Assembly (NCBI GenBank): GCA_041749335.1
Contig: JBGTBM010000010.1
Location: forward strand, 68,533 to 132,532
From: Patescibacteria group bacterium
GTDB taxonomy: Bacteria > Patescibacteriota > JABMPQ01
Length of the DNA: 64,000 bases
Reading direction: 5' to 3'
The notes beneath the pieces are model-generated. The model made no database searches. It was not told the origin of the DNA and was given only the letters and a program-made list of their open reading frames with translations. This document shows positions 7,722 through 16,198 of the stretch, one piece after another; positions within the stretch are counted from its first letter, which is position 1; every line of letters begins with the position of its first letter. Position numbers and translations under genes: made by a program.

Positions 7722-9521
7722 CTAATTTTTCTTAACTTTCCGCTCCGCCTTAATCCGATCATTCTTAGTTAAATATTTTTTTCGCAGTCTAATATTTTTG
7801 GGAGTAATTTCCAGATATTCATCATCGCTCATTACGCTCATCCCCCGCTCCAGCGTCATTTCCAAAGGCGGCGTCAGTCTAATCGCTTCATCCGATCCCG
7901 AAGCGCGCATATTAGTCAATTGCTTACCTTTAATCGGGTTAACCGCTAAATCGTTTCCCTTGGAAACATTGCCGATCACCATGCCTTCATACACTTCGGT
8001 AGTAGCGCCGATATACAAAGAGCCTCGCTCTTGCAAATTATAAAGAGAAAATCCCAAGGCCTTGCCGGTCTCCATCGATACCATAGAACCGACCTGTTTT
8101 TTATCTATATCGCCCACATAAGGTTTAAATCCCACTACGCGTGAATACATAATCCCTTCCCCGCGGGTATCTACCACAAAATCATTGCGATAGCCTAAAA
8201 GTCCGCGCGTGGGCATATCAAAAATCATTTTAGTATTGCCGTGTTCCGGCTGCATATTCACCATATTGCCTTTTCTTTTAGACATTTTTTCAATAATGCC
8301 GCCTGACATTTCATTTGGCACAATAATGGTTACTTCCTCAAAAGGTTCCAGTTTTTTGCCTGCTTCTTCCTTAATAATAACATTAGGCTGGGATATCTGC
8401 AGTTCGTAGCCTTCACGCCGCATATTTTCCAAAAGAATAGCGATGTGCATTTCACCTCGTCCCGATACTTGATAATGATCCGTGGAAGAAAAATCAATTT
8501 TTAATCCAACGTTTATTTCCAGCTCTTTTTCCAAACGTTCCCTAATTTGCCGATTGGTTACAAACTTGCCTTCTCGGCCAGCGAAAGGTGAATTATTGAC
8601 TAAGAAATTTAGAGTAATGGTCGGCTCATCAATGGAAATCGCCGGTAGTGCTTCCTGGCTTTCATCTTCACAAATTGTTTCGCCGATATAAATATCCGGC
8701 AGTCCCGCCACCATAATAATATCCCCGGCTCCGGCCTCCTGAACCTCTTTTTTGTTCAATCCTTCAAAAGTAAATAATTTGGTAATTTTTCCACTTCTAG
8801 TCTCGCCGGTTATGCTTTTTATTTTAACATTGGAGGTAGCGGCAATCTTCCCTTGATAAATGCGGCAAACCGCTAATCTTCCCAAGTAATTATCATACCC
8901 CAGATTAAAAGGCTGAATTAGCATTTTTTTTGCGCTGGCCTCTGCGCTGGATGCTACCGACACTTCCGCCACTATCATATCCAAAAGCGGAGTAAGATCT
9001 TTACCATCATCCTCCAACTTTAATTTCGCGATTCCCTGCTTGGCAATCGCATAAACCACCTTAAAATCCAGCTGTTCATCATTGGCTCCCAAATCCAAAA
9101 ATAATTCATATACTTTTTCTACCGCCTCTGCTGGAGCGGCCGCCGGCTTATCGATCTTATTAATCACTACAATCGGCTTCAACCCCAATTCCAGCGATTT
9201 CCTTAAGACAAACTTGGTTTGCGGCATGGGACCTTCTTGCGCGTCCACTACCAAAAGCACGCAATCAATTGAACGAAGCACGCGCTCCACCTCTGAACCA
9301 AAATCAGCGTGTCCCGGGGTATCCACAATATTAATCTTTCCGCCCTTATAAAGCACGGAGGTATTTTTAGAATAAATTGTAATGCCTCGCTCTTGTTCAA
9401 GATCATTGCTATCCATACTGACGGTATCGTCCGACATGCCTGTTTGCTGCATCAAAGCATCGGTCAATTTGGTTTTGCCGTGATCAACATGAGCGATAAT
9501 GGCGATATTTCTAATATCCAT
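7722..9521 (-). CDS. typA: Translational GTPase TypA/BipA.
   Basis: G1 AHVDHGKT and G3 DTPGH motifs, NKIDK, and the EF-G-like domain architecture over 599 aa. Confidence 0.9.
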   Translation of the reverse strand: MDIRNIAIIAHVDHGKTKLTDALMQQTGMSDDTVSMDSNDLEQERGITIYSKNTSVLYKGGKINIVDTPGHADFGSEVERVLRSIDCVLLVVDAQEGPMPQTKFVLRKSLELGLKPIVVINKIDKPAAAPAEAVEKVYELFLDLGANDEQLDFKVVYAIAKQGIAKLKLEDDGKDLTPLLDMIVAEVSVASSAEASAKKMLIQPFNLGYDNYLGRLAVCRIYQGKIAATSNVKIKSITGETRSGKITKLFTFEGLNKKEVQEAGAGDIIMVAGLPDIYIGETICEDESQEALPAISIDEPTITLNFLVNNSPFAGREGKFVTNRQIRERLEKELEINVGLKIDFSSTDHYQVSGRGEMHIAILLENMRREGYELQISQPNVIIKEEAGKKLEPFEEVTIIVPNEMSGGIIEKMSKRKGNMVNMQPEHGNTKMIFDMPTRGLLGYRNDFVVDTRGEGIMYSRVVGFKPYVGDIDKKQVGSMVSMETGKALGFSLYNLQERGSLYIGATTEVYEGMVIGNVSKGNDLAVNPIKGKQLTNMRASGSDEAIRLTPPLEMTLERGMSVMSDDEYLEITPKNIRLRKKYLTKNDRIKAERKVKKN

Positions 9522-9681
9522 AAGTTAGATTCTTTAAATTAAAAACCGCAGAATTTGCGGGTGTTTATATTAAACATTAACTTTATTTATACTACTATTC
9601 CCTTTTTTGGTCAAGATGATAATTTCCAATCGTTCTAAAACCCATCGGCGGCCTTCAAAATTTTAATTGTTATAAGATTAT

Positions 9682-9990
9682 CTATCTGGTTAATTCAGAA
9701 CAGACATAATCATTTACGACCGGAGTATTATTGTCGTACTGACAATTTAGTCCGCATTTATAATTTAAATCAGCTATCGCCAAATCTAGTTTTTTAGCCT
9801 CCTTTTCCGCCCACTCCCGGCAATCTTCCAAGGTTTTAAAATCTTTATTTAATTGTTTACCGGAATTTAAGTCAATCATTCCTTTCCAGGGACGGCTTTC
9901 AATGTAATTAAGAATGAGCGCGATGCCGCCGATAATTATCAATACGCCGATTACTCCCCCGATAAATTTCTGTAGCTTTTCACTAGCCAT
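9682..9990 (-). CDS. Small membrane-anchored Cys-containing protein (hypothetical).
   Basis: 102 aa with an N-terminal TM helix and 4 Cys in the C-terminal half. Confidence 0.5.
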   Translation of the reverse strand: MASEKLQKFIGGVIGVLIIIGGIALILNYIESRPWKGMIDLNSGKQLNKDFKTLEDCREWAEKEAKKLDLAIADLNYKCGLNCQYDNNTPVVNDYVCSELTR

Positions 9991-10010
9991 ATATTTTATG
10001 GATTGAATTT

Positions 10011-10454
10011 TTATTCTTCAATCAGTCCAGTGCAACGCCAATTGATCTCTGCCTCCCGAGTAACTTCATTCACAACGCAAGCGGGATTACATCCGGTTCT
10101 CTCAATATCTAAATCAAACCACCAAGTTTTAGTATAATCATTATAAGAACTATTGCCGGTTAGTTCGCCTTCAACTATACAAGCGCTATTTTGCGCAATT
10201 TCACGAGCTTCATCTTGACTCATAATAATCACTTCAGTAAAGGTCTTTCCATTGGCAGCACATTGCCGCGGATAGCTTTCCATCACGGGATTTCCGGCCT
10301 TTGCACACTCCTCAAAATTTGTAATTTCCTGATAAATTAAATTCGTATCGTTATTGTCAGATGTGTCCAGTTTATCCTTAAGATAAAAACCTAATACAAT
10401 AAGACCAGCCAAAAGTATTATCGCAAGACCAACAATTAAAATTCCCTTTTTCAT
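10011..10454 (-). CDS. Secreted or membrane-anchored Cys-rich protein (hypothetical).
   Basis: 147 aa with an N-terminal hydrophobic segment and 6 Cys. Confidence 0.55.
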   Translation of the reverse strand: MKKGILIVGLAIILLAGLIVLGFYLKDKLDTSDNNDTNLIYQEITNFEECAKAGNPVMESYPRQCAANGKTFTEVIIMSQDEAREIAQNSACIVEGELTGNSSYNDYTKTWWFDLDIERTGCNPACVVNEVTREAEINWRCTGLIEE

Positions 10455-10507
10455 ATTTTTTATTATTTAATATATTTTATTATAACATTTTAAATTTTAT
10501 ACACCAA

Positions 10508-10545
10508 ACAAAAAACCCCACATCGCTGCGGGGCCTTTTTATATG
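10508..10545 (-). terminator. Rho-independent terminator of csp copy 2.
   Basis: GGCCCCGCAGCGATGTGGGGTT followed by a T-run, nearly identical to 4420-4456. Confidence 0.6.
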
Positions 10546-10557
10546 TAAGTTAAGTAA

Positions 10558-10758
10558 TTACACTCTCTTTACATTGGTAGCGTTTGGTCCTTTTGGACTA
10601 TCGCCGATTTCGAATTCAACTGTATCACCTTCATTCAATTCTTCAAAAGTTACACCTTGTAATTCATTTGAATGAAAGAAAAGATCCTTTTCCTTGCCTT
10701 CAATGGCAATGAATCCGAATCCTCGATCAGTTAATCGAGAAATTTTTCCTTTTTCCAT
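10558..10758 (-). CDS. csp: Cold-shock protein, CspA family (copy 2).
   Basis: Starting from the internal Met (MEKGKISRLTDRGFGFIAIEG...), the protein is about 85 % identical to copy 1. The ORF track's upstream extension (to 10800) reads through the conserved leader and is unlikely to be translated. Confidence 0.85.
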   Translation of the reverse strand: MEKGKISRLTDRGFGFIAIEGKEKDLFFHSNELQGVTFEELNEGDTVEFEIGDSPKGPNATNVKRV

Positions 10759-10771
10759 GATTGTATAATAT

Positions 10772-10842
10772 TTTCTTAAGTTCACTTTTGGTACATGCAA
10801 GGAAAAGTTCGACTACGCTACTCCTGCAAACCTTTGTGACAT
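10772..10842 (-). promoter_or_regulatory. Conserved 5' leader of csp copy 2, paralogous to 4687-4758.
   Basis: See the copy-1 leader. A putative promoter TTGACA - 17 nt - TATTCT lies at 10847-10875(-). Confidence 0.45.
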
Positions 10843-10928
10843 TACAAGAATAGAATATTTAGATTTAAATGTCAATAACTTCCGCTTAATTTCATATACT
10901 AAAGTCGATTCAGATTATTTTACCTTTT

Positions 10929-10986
10929 AAAAAAACCAGACCCACTAAGTAGCAAATCACAACAATTCACTAGTAAGTTGAGTCTA
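10929..10986 (-). terminator. Insulating terminator upstream of the csp copy-2 promoter.
   Basis: CTAGACTCAAC...TTGTTGTGATTTG...AGTGGGTCTGG followed by TTTTTTT on the minus strand. Confidence 0.45.
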
Positions 10987-11101
10987 GTTTTTAAAGCTTA
11001 ACACAGTTTAATAAAAATAGATAGTTTATTATAATTTGCCCAAATTAAGTAATTTAAAGGCTTGGATTACTTTTTTATCAGCATAGTGTTAATATATTTT
11101 T

Positions 11102-12337
11102 ATGCGAAAACCATTAGACATTATTGTTATCGGCGGCGGGCCGGCCGGAATGATGGCTGCCGGCACTGCGGCTTCGAGTGGAGCTTCGGTTTTATTATTG
11201 GAAAAAAATGAAAAATTGGGTAAAAAATTGCTTTTAACCGGCAAGGAGCGCTGTAATATTACTAATGCTGAAATTAATAGCCATACCCTCAAAAAGATAT
11301 ATGGAAAAAATGGCGGCTTTCTTCATTCCGCTTTTAATTCCTTTTCCAACCAGGATATTATCGAATTTTTTGAAGACCAAGGAGTAAAAACCAAAGTGGA
11401 GCGCGGCAATCGCGTCTTTCCTCAAAGCGACCGTGCGCTCGACGTTTTAAGCGCGTTAAAAAATTATTTAACGAAAAATAACGTTAAAATAAAATATCAA
11501 GCTGAAGTAAAAAGTTTTATTAGAAAAGAAGGGCTGATCACTAAAGTTGTTCTTAGTAATGGCGAAGAATGTAAAGCTGATAAATTTATTATTGCGACCG
11601 GCGGTAAATCTTATCCCGAAACCGGCTCGACCGGCGATGCATTTTCTTGGCTTACTGGTATGGGACATCAAGTGATTAAACCCGCCCCCGCCTTGGTTCC
11701 GATTATAATGTCTAATGAATTTATCAAAGATCTCGAAGGTTTGAGCCTGCGCAACGTTAAAATAACTCTTTTTGATAATAATACCAAGATCGATGCGCGT
11801 TTTGGCGAAGCGCTTTTTACCGCCCATGGCATGAGCGGCCCGGTTATTTTAGATCTTAGCAAATTAGTTACCGGACTGATCAAGCCGACTCTCAATATTG
11901 ATCTAAAACCCGCTCTGAATTATCAGCAGCTCGATCTTCGCATCCAACGAGACTTTGCTAAATTTAATAATAAGATATTCCGTAATTCTTTACATCAATT
12001 GCTTCCTCGAAAGCTTATTGCCGTAATTATTAAATTGAGTGGCATCGATCCGGAAAAATATGTTAATGCAATCACAAAATCGGAGCGAAAGAAACTATTA
12101 AATTTACTTAAAGAGTTCAAATTAAGCATCAAGGGCGTTGATGGTTATCGCAAAGCTATTATTACTGCCGGCGGAGTTAGTTTGAAAGAAGTTGATCCAA
12201 AAACAATGCGTTCAAAATTAATTGATAATCTTTATTTTGCCGGAGAAGTGCTTGATCTAGACGGTCCCACCGGCGGATTTAACCTGCAAATTTGCTGGAG
12301 CTCCGGTTATTGCGCCGGCCTATCTTCTGCCAATTAA
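11102..12337 (+). CDS. HI0933-family NAD(FAD)-utilising flavoprotein (BaiN/aminoacetone-oxidase-like oxidoreductase).
   Basis: N-terminal Rossmann fold IIVIGGGPAGMMAAG, a length of 411 aa, and a characteristic HI0933-like C-terminus. Confidence 0.8.
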   Translation: MRKPLDIIVIGGGPAGMMAAGTAASSGASVLLLEKNEKLGKKLLLTGKERCNITNAEINSHTLKKIYGKNGGFLHSAFNSFSNQDIIEFFEDQGVKTKVERGNRVFPQSDRALDVLSALKNYLTKNNVKIKYQAEVKSFIRKEGLITKVVLSNGEECKADKFIIATGGKSYPETGSTGDAFSWLTGMGHQVIKPAPALVPIIMSNEFIKDLEGLSLRNVKITLFDNNTKIDARFGEALFTAHGMSGPVILDLSKLVTGLIKPTLNIDLKPALNYQQLDLRIQRDFAKFNNKIFRNSLHQLLPRKLIAVIIKLSGIDPEKYVNAITKSERKKLLNLLKEFKLSIKGVDGYRKAIITAGGVSLKEVDPKTMRSKLIDNLYFAGEVLDLDGPTGGFNLQICWSSGYCAGLSSAN

Positions 12338-12411
12338 TTTTTGATACTTATCCTTATATTGCTTTTATTTATTTTTTGCTATGATTATTTTTACAAGGAG
12401 GGACTATAAAA

Positions 12412-12609
12412 ATGCCATCCGAGCTTCTCTACACTATAGATACACACTGCCTGAATTGCGGTCATTGGTTTCCAATTATAGAAAATTCCAGCTTTTGCCC
12501 CCGCTGTTTTAGTAAATATATTCGTATTGTAAAAATAATAATTGAAGCGGGATATGAAAGACCGTTAAGTGCTATCGATATGACTGAAAGATTTAAAGAT
12601 CTTTATTAA
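12412..12609 (+). CDS. Small zinc-ribbon protein (hypothetical).
   Basis: CLNCG...CPRC, a strong SD (AAGGAGG), and a terminator at 12621-12648. Confidence 0.5.
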   Translation: MPSELLYTIDTHCLNCGHWFPIIENSSFCPRCFSKYIRIVKIIIEAGYERPLSAIDMTERFKDLY

Positions 12610-12620
12610 AATTGTGATTA

Positions 12621-12648
12621 AAAAGGAGCCATGGGCTTCTTTTTTTAT
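12621..12648 (+). terminator. Rho-independent terminator.
   Basis: GGAGCC-atg-GGCTTC followed by TTTTTTT. Confidence 0.5.
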
Positions 12649-12676
12649 TAAAAAACCGTAAAGTTTGACTTTACGG
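12645..12676 (-). terminator. Rho-independent terminator of the Cys-rich gene 12688-12972.
   Basis: Minus-strand CCGTAAAGT-caaa-CTTTACGG followed by TTTTT. Confidence 0.5.
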
Positions 12677-12687
12677 CGATAAAAGGT

Positions 12688-12972
12688 CTATTTGATTTGC
12701 ACAATCCGGTGCGATCGACAAGCTTCGCTATCACTTAGTATCCTTGCCGGACACTCCCCTTTATATCCTGAATCAAGCGGATCATCATCATAAGAAACAT
12801 CGCTAAAAAAATCAGCCTGAGTGCCTTCAAAGCCACATTCTTCACAGCGAAAGATGCGCTCCGGAAATATGTCTTCAGATTGGCAGCGAGGGCAAATATA
12901 TTCATTATTCTGAAAAACGTCGATCGTATCGCAATATTTACAAGTCTCGCACATATAAAAGTTCGTAGCCAC
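12688..12972 (-). CDS. Cys-rich multi-zinc-ribbon protein (hypothetical).
   Basis: 94 aa with four CxxC pairs (CETC, CPRC, CEEC, C...C). Confidence 0.55.
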   Translation of the reverse strand: MATNFYMCETCKYCDTIDVFQNNEYICPRCQSEDIFPERIFRCEECGFEGTQADFFSDVSYDDDPLDSGYKGECPARILSDSEACRSHRIVQIK

Positions 12973-13046
12973 TTTGTTGCCTCCTTTTTGTGACTAATAC
13001 TATAGTTTGCCTAAATTATCAATAATGTCAATAAATCCAGGTGCTT

Positions 13047-13796
13047 TTATTCCGATACTCTAACATCAAATGTTTCAATTCCGCGCGCAATTGATTCAAT
13101 ATCATCAAGAACTGCTTGCGGAATATCTCTAGGTGGCAAAACATCCGTGTCTTGATGAGGAATATAGTAATTCGTATAGGTAAAAATATATTTATTATTT
13201 CGAGCTAGCTCCTGCACCCGGCCGCTCTTAATCGCGTCATAGTCGTCTATGGCATAAATGTTTAAAGAAAATAAGTCTTCATACCCATTAATATCGCTAG
13301 ATAATCCTTCTTGTCCCGAAGGATAATAAAATATATATTCAGCTTGATAGCCTTGGCGCATCTGTTCAATTTCCGCCTCATCAATGCTCTCATTTGCATC
13401 TAAATCCGGTTCAATCATATCTTCCGCAACCATCAGCATCGCCTTATAATCCGGCCAATTTTTAGTAAATTTCAAGGTAAAACCATATTCGTTGCTAACA
13501 AATATTTCCGTACCATTTATCATATTTGGTTCTCCGATGATATCCTCAAGCTCTTGTTCATTCAAATAATAATTATCCAAATTATTTAACCAATTTTCAC
13601 TTTCAAAAAATTCCCCCTGATCATCAATAATATCCACGCCCTGCTGCACTTTATTTTTATACGCCCACCAGCCTCCCAAAAATATTACTACCGCTGCAAC
13701 AAAAATTAATATTAAAACTATAAATAAAATCCAAATCCAGAATTGGTTTTTTCTTTTCTCGCCCCGTTTTTGCAGCGAACCATTTTTTTGTTCCAT
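13047..13796 (-). CDS. N-terminally anchored extracytoplasmic protein (hypothetical).
   Basis: 249 aa with the TM helix IWILFIVLILIFVAAVVIFLGGWWAY. Confidence 0.6.
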   Translation of the reverse strand: MEQKNGSLQKRGEKRKNQFWIWILFIVLILIFVAAVVIFLGGWWAYKNKVQQGVDIIDDQGEFFESENWLNNLDNYYLNEQELEDIIGEPNMINGTEIFVSNEYGFTLKFTKNWPDYKAMLMVAEDMIEPDLDANESIDEAEIEQMRQGYQAEYIFYYPSGQEGLSSDINGYEDLFSLNIYAIDDYDAIKSGRVQELARNNKYIFTYTNYYIPHQDTDVLPPRDIPQAVLDDIESIARGIETFDVRVSE

Positions 13797-13876
13797 ATTT
13801 TTTATATCTTACACTTATACTTTAATTTAAATCCTTAGAGTGTCAAGTTGTAATATTTATACAACAATAATATCAA

Positions 13877-14902
13877 TTATTGCCCAGCCAATTGCCCGCA
13901 AGCTCCTTTTATTTCCCCGCCCAGACTTTTTCTAATAGTTGCCGCTATTTTTTTTTCTAATAAATAATCCTTAAATATTTTTATTTTTTTATCCGGCGAT
14001 GGTTGATAATCATTACCTGCGATATTATAGCTAATTAAATTCACATGCAGCAAATAATAATTTTTAAATGTTTTTAGATATTCAATTAATTTTTTAGCGT
14101 CTTCCAAGTTATCATTTATTCCATTAAGCATAATATATTCGATAAATATTTTACGCTTAGTAATATCAAGATACTGTTCCAGAGCTCCTTTTAATTTAGC
14201 CAAATTATACTTACGATTTATCGGCATATAGCGGCTCCGTTTTTCATCATCCGCGAAATGCAGCGACAATGCGAGATTAATTTGAGGAAATTTTTTGCCT
14301 AATTCAATAATTTTATCCGGAATGCCGGAAGTTGATACCGAAATACTGCGCGCGCCATAACCAAACAAATCATGGTTCATTAAATTTTTAAGGCTTTCGG
14401 CAACATTTTCCCAATTCATTAAGGGCTCGCCCATGCCCATGTAAACAATATTGCTAAAATTACCGAATATTTTTTCCTTTTTTAAAAATTGTCTCCAAAA
14501 CAATACCTGATCGGTTATTTCTTCCGAGGTGAGATTTCTTTTAATCCCCTGTCTGCCGGTAGCGCAAAAATTACATTTAAGCGCGCATCCAACCTGAGTG
14601 GAAATACAGGCCGACCATGTTTTAGGTTTAATAGAAATCAATACTGTTTCTATACATAAACCATCATTTAATTTTAAAAGGGCTTTGATACTATCATGGT
14701 TTTTTGCAGACAAAACATCTACTACAGCAAAGGAAAGTATGTTTATTTCTTGAGCTAATTTTTCCCTTAATTCTGTTGGAATATTTTTTATATCTGAAAA
14801 TTTATCTATATTATTCTGATAGATTGCTTGTTTTATTTGCCTTAAGCGGTATTTCGGCTGCCCTAAGCCATTTAATAATTTCTCTAATTTTATACTATCC
14901 AT
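13877..14902 (-). CDS. rlmN: Radical-SAM 23S rRNA m2A2503 methyltransferase RlmN (also a tRNA m2A37 methyltransferase).
   Basis: CxxxCxxC cluster GCALKCNFCATG and the RlmN/Cfr-type C-terminus ...GACGQL. Confidence 0.85.
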   Translation of the reverse strand: MDSIKLEKLLNGLGQPKYRLRQIKQAIYQNNIDKFSDIKNIPTELREKLAQEINILSFAVVDVLSAKNHDSIKALLKLNDGLCIETVLISIKPKTWSACISTQVGCALKCNFCATGRQGIKRNLTSEEITDQVLFWRQFLKKEKIFGNFSNIVYMGMGEPLMNWENVAESLKNLMNHDLFGYGARSISVSTSGIPDKIIELGKKFPQINLALSLHFADDEKRSRYMPINRKYNLAKLKGALEQYLDITKRKIFIEYIMLNGINDNLEDAKKLIEYLKTFKNYYLLHVNLISYNIAGNDYQPSPDKKIKIFKDYLLEKKIAATIRKSLGGEIKGACGQLAGQ

Positions 14903-15057
14903 TGCAATAAATCTTATTTTCTACTCTTATATTATATCTTACCAAAAAATAATCTTCCTAGCTATATTCATAATAATTTTTAATAATTCAAATATAATAT
15001 TTATTGATAATGATTGACTATTATTAATAAAAATAATATTATATTTATTAATAGCAT

Positions 15058-15124
15058 TCGGGGATCGTCTAATGGTAGGACACCTGGTTTTCCTGCCTGC
15101 CGCAGGCTGGGGTCCAGGCTAATC
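15058..15124 (+). pseudogene. Truncated, anticodon-disrupted 5' copy of tRNA-Gln. It retains the acceptor 5' strand, D arm and anticodon stem, carries a 19-nt hairpin insert inside the anticodon, and has no T arm.
   Basis: 15058-15091 is identical (34/34) to 15387-15420 of the intact tRNA. The extra CCTGCCTGCCGCAGGCTGG sits between anticodon nucleotides 35 and 36. Identity resumes over GGTCCAGGC(T)AATC and is then lost. Confidence 0.6.
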
Positions 15125-15127
15125 ACT

Positions 15128-15382
15128 ATGAAATATTATGTTTACATTTTAATATCTGCTGCTAAAAGTAATTGGAGCTATGTTGGCCAAACCGATGATA
15201 TTAATCGCAGAATAAAGGAGCACAATAGCGGCAAAGTGCGATCTACTAAAGGATATATGCCGCTTAAGTGCATCTATTGCGAATTATTTAGTCAAAGAAA
15301 AAGGTCGCTTGCGAGAGAAAAATATTTGAAATCCGGCATTGGCAGAGATGAAAAATATACAATCATTACCAAAAATCATTGA
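15128..15382 (+). CDS. GIY-YIG nuclease-family protein, YhbQ/UPF0213-like (84 aa).
   Basis: MKYYVYILIS...WSYVGQTDDINRRIKEHNSGK matches the GIY-YIG signature, with a conserved Arg and Glu/Asn downstream. The ORF track's upstream extension (15014) would translate through the pseudo-tRNA and was rejected. Confidence 0.8.
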   Translation: MKYYVYILISAAKSNWSYVGQTDDINRRIKEHNSGKVRSTKGYMPLKCIYCELFSQRKRSLAREKYLKSGIGRDEKYTIITKNH

Positions 15383-15386
15383 TTAT

Positions 15387-15457
15387 TCGGGGATCGTCTA
15401 ATGGTAGGACACCTGGTTTTGGTCCAGGCAATCGGGGTTCGAGTCCCTGTCCCCGAG
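15387..15457 (+). tRNA. tRNA-Gln (anticodon UUG). CCA is not encoded.
   Basis: Manual cloverleaf: acceptor UCGGGGA/UCCCCGA, D stem GUCU/GGAC, anticodon stem CCUGG/CCAGG with loop UUUUGGU (anticodon UUG), T stem CGGGG/CCCUG with loop UUCGAGU, and discriminator G. Confidence 0.85.
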
Positions 15458-15514
15458 TTTTTTATTAAACTTGATATTTAAAACAAATTTGCTATACTTA
15501 TTTGACTAGACCTG

Positions 15515-15567
15515 TCTAATCGATAAATCGTTGTTGATTTATCGATCCAGCGGGTCTGGTTTTTTTA
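15515..15567 (+). terminator. Rho-independent terminator after tRNA-Gln, the third copy of the shared terminator motif.
   Basis: CTAGACC...ATCGATAAATCGTTGTTGATTTATCGAT...GGGTCTGG followed by TTTTTTT. Confidence 0.6.
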
Positions 15568-15593
15568 AAAAAATAACTGCGATAATCGCAGTT

Positions 15594-15875
15594 TTATGAT
15601 ACTTTTTTCCACAACAACACAATTTTATCCGAATGCGTAGAAATTTTTATTTTGGATAAAGAACCGGCCTTGATTACAGCTCCTTTTTTTAAAAGACGAG
15701 CCGAACTCTTACTTAAGATATTTATTTCGATATTTTTATCGGAATAATTATCTAAATGGATTAAGTGAGATCCATCTCTATTGATATAAATATCAACATC
15801 AAAAAGGTTTTCAGCATTAAAGCCAAGCATTTGACCAAAACTGATTTCAATTCTATTCCATACCTTTATTTCCAT
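15594..15875 (-). CDS. Hypothetical small protein.
   Basis: 93-aa ORF with no recognisable motif. Confidence 0.4.
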   Translation of the reverse strand: MEIKVWNRIEISFGQMLGFNAENLFDVDIYINRDGSHLIHLDNYSDKNIEINILSKSSARLLKKGAVIKAGSLSKIKISTHSDKIVLLWKKVS

Positions 15876-16198
15876 TGTTTCCCTCCCGTCGATGAATATT
15901 TATGCCCACTCCTTGTTTTTTAAACAAAAAGCTCATAAATTGAGCTCTTGAAATCGTTATTTTATCTAAAAGTGCATTCTGGTTAACCTCTCAGCCTTTA
16001 AAACATTTGCCGCCAACTTGATTAATTCCTGTTCGCTATTTAATAAACAAGATGAGCAACTTTGGAATATTCTTTTGCTGGGAAAGGATACCACAAAATA
16101 TTCCTCACAATGCTCAATCTCACATCCTCGTTTCAAAAGTACTCATCGCGCCACCTTAACCTTTAGTTCATTTGACTGCTTGAGCATCTTCCCTCCTT

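Noticed and set aside
10759-10800. Extended start for csp copy 2 (MHVPKVNLRKYYTIM...)
   Set aside because: The extension overlaps the leader that is conserved at the nucleotide level with copy 1. The internal Met gives a protein collinear with copy 1.
11089-11895. Three minus-strand ORFs (11089-11292, 11234-11425, 11468-11895) inside the HI0933-family flavoprotein gene
   Set aside because: They are antisense to a well-supported 411-aa flavoprotein with an intact Rossmann motif and have low-complexity products.
15058-15124. Possibility that the upstream tRNA-like copy is a functional intron-containing tRNA
   Set aside because: After the anticodon stem, similarity to the tRNA ends and no T arm or 3' acceptor strand can be folded. 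The 19-nt insert lies between anticodon positions 35 and 36, not at a canonical intron site, and bacteria lack the splicing endonuclease. It was called a pseudogene fragment.
15014-15127. N-terminal extension of the GIY-YIG ORF proposed by the ORF track (start at 15014)
   Set aside because: The extension would translate straight through the pseudo-tRNA sequence and its AT-rich promoter region. The conserved GIY-YIG domain begins at the Met at 15128 (MKYYVYIL...).
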